From Catajapyx aquilonaris (lineage: Eukaryota), in the NCBI GenBank assembly GCA_000934665.2, contig JYFJ02004180.1, forward strand, positions 1-34,104: a stretch of 34,104 nt of DNA, read 5' to 3'. The position numbers and the translations under genes are program-made. Each line of letters begins with the position of its first letter. The first letter of the stretch is position 1. Shown here in pieces: positions 32,881 to 34,104 of the stretch. The notes below the pieces were generated by a model. That model ran no database searches. It was not told the origin of the DNA and worked only from the letters and a program-made list of their open reading frames with translations.

Positions 32881-33977
32881 AAAAATGAATGTTGTTGTGT
32901 CATCCTTTATGCCGATTACCCCTTTTATTCACTTGCGCAAGCGCGCTCTCTCTCCCAAGACTTCTTTTGCTGCTGTGTGACCAAGAGGAACACTTTCACC
33001 TTCTGGTAAACATGCAGTGGTGGTGGTGGTGGCTGTGTGTGCACGTGTGACCGTGAATGCAGTGGATCACCTTGCTCTTGACCCTCTTGGCCTACTACCG
33101 CTCAAGGCTGCCTACCACGCTCTTTGTTACAAGGATTCCCGCTCCAGGGATCACGGGTTTTCCAGCAGGACTGCAGAGGACTTCCAGTCCTGCCTCTTTG
33201 TTCTGTCTTTTTGGCTGAGACTCCACCAGTCTCTAGATTTTGGTTTCTCGTAGACACTGGTCTTTTGTCTGAGGCTCAGATGGGATATCCTATTTTTTCT
33301 CTCTCTCCCCTTGTCTCTCCTTGTTCCTGACCAGCCGGGGGACATCGGAAAGGGAAACGGCCCTTTCATTCTCTCTGCCCCGACCACCACCCAGTTGCCA
33401 GCTGGTCCCTTTGGTCGTTGGGGACCCCAAAAACCAGACGGTTTCTCAGGAAGTCCATCCGGAGTGTTGGCTGACCCCATTTGACTCTGGCCGATTAGGA
33501 AACTCTGGTTCCTTCCTTTTGATGGTGGAGAGGGGGGGGACATTGAGAGGGGTGGGGCCAAGGCCGAAAGTGGTGGCCTACAAGGTTCGCTTCTCTTCTC
33601 TATATATATTTTTTTTGTTCATTCTCTTTATGTTGGGACGGTTGGGGAGTAGCTAGAAAGAGGTCTTTGTGAGGCGCATGGGTGGAATTGGGCCACGGAA
33701 GGGATTCTACGGCCCCTTTTTCCAAAAGGGTCTAACGGGGCTGGAGGCTTCAGACGGCAACACAGCATCGAACAAAGAGGCGTGAACACCCGTGTGAAAA
33801 ACGACAACAAAATATGCATGTCTCCTGCCTGATAACGTAACAGTTCTGGACATGGTGTCGTACTAAGTGGCGACAAAAGAGCGAATCGAGTGAAACCGCA
33901 GGCCTAGAAAAACCCTCGCTTCGCGCGCGATCTATTGAAGGTGGTCATACGGAGGCAACTGGGGAATCCCTCTTTTG

Positions 33978-34024
33978 CCACCAGTCGATTGTGGCTCCAC
34001 CAGGCGATTGTGGCTCCACCAGTC
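33978..34024. repeat. 19-bp tandem repeat (~2.4 copies)
   Basis: CCACCAG(T/G)CGATTGTGGCT at 33978 and 33997, partial at 34016. Confidence 0.85.
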
Positions 34025-34104
34025 CAGCGCTTTTCCATGATTCATTGCGTTTGGTCTTTAATTTGCACCAGATTTCTACAGAATTCTTCTCCATTTGGGT
34101 TCAT

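Noticed and set aside
33017..33876. Short ORFs at the right end suggesting a fifth gene
   Set aside because: No recognisable domain or consistent splice pattern; all three minus frames hit stops around 33061-33120.

Overview
Eukaryotic genomic DNA from an arthropod, indicated by a Rebers-Riddiford cuticle protein gene; the taxon cannot be fixed further. It holds four complete intron-containing genes reconstructed by hand from GT..AG junctions and reading phase: semaphorin-1a (minus, 12 coding exons, 6068->615, ~840 aa), MBD2/3 (plus, 3 exons, 10218-11125), an R&R cuticular protein (plus, 3 exons, 12709-14087) and MEX3 (plus, 3 exons, 19623-25169, KH-KH-RING) with a probable ~7.7 kb 3'UTR. Non-coding DNA carries tandem arrays (22, ~103, ~147, ~72 and ~123 bp units) and a direct-inverted-direct palindromic triplication. 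The strongest lead is the MBD2/3->MEX3 same-strand neighbourhood next to Sema-1, which mirrors the vertebrate MBD3-MEX3D and MBD2-MEX3C linkages. Also notable are mosaic CpG depletion and an extra MEX3 intron that could yield a RING-less isoform. I found no CRISPR array, rRNA or tRNA, and cannot support a genuinely new biological system from sequence alone.
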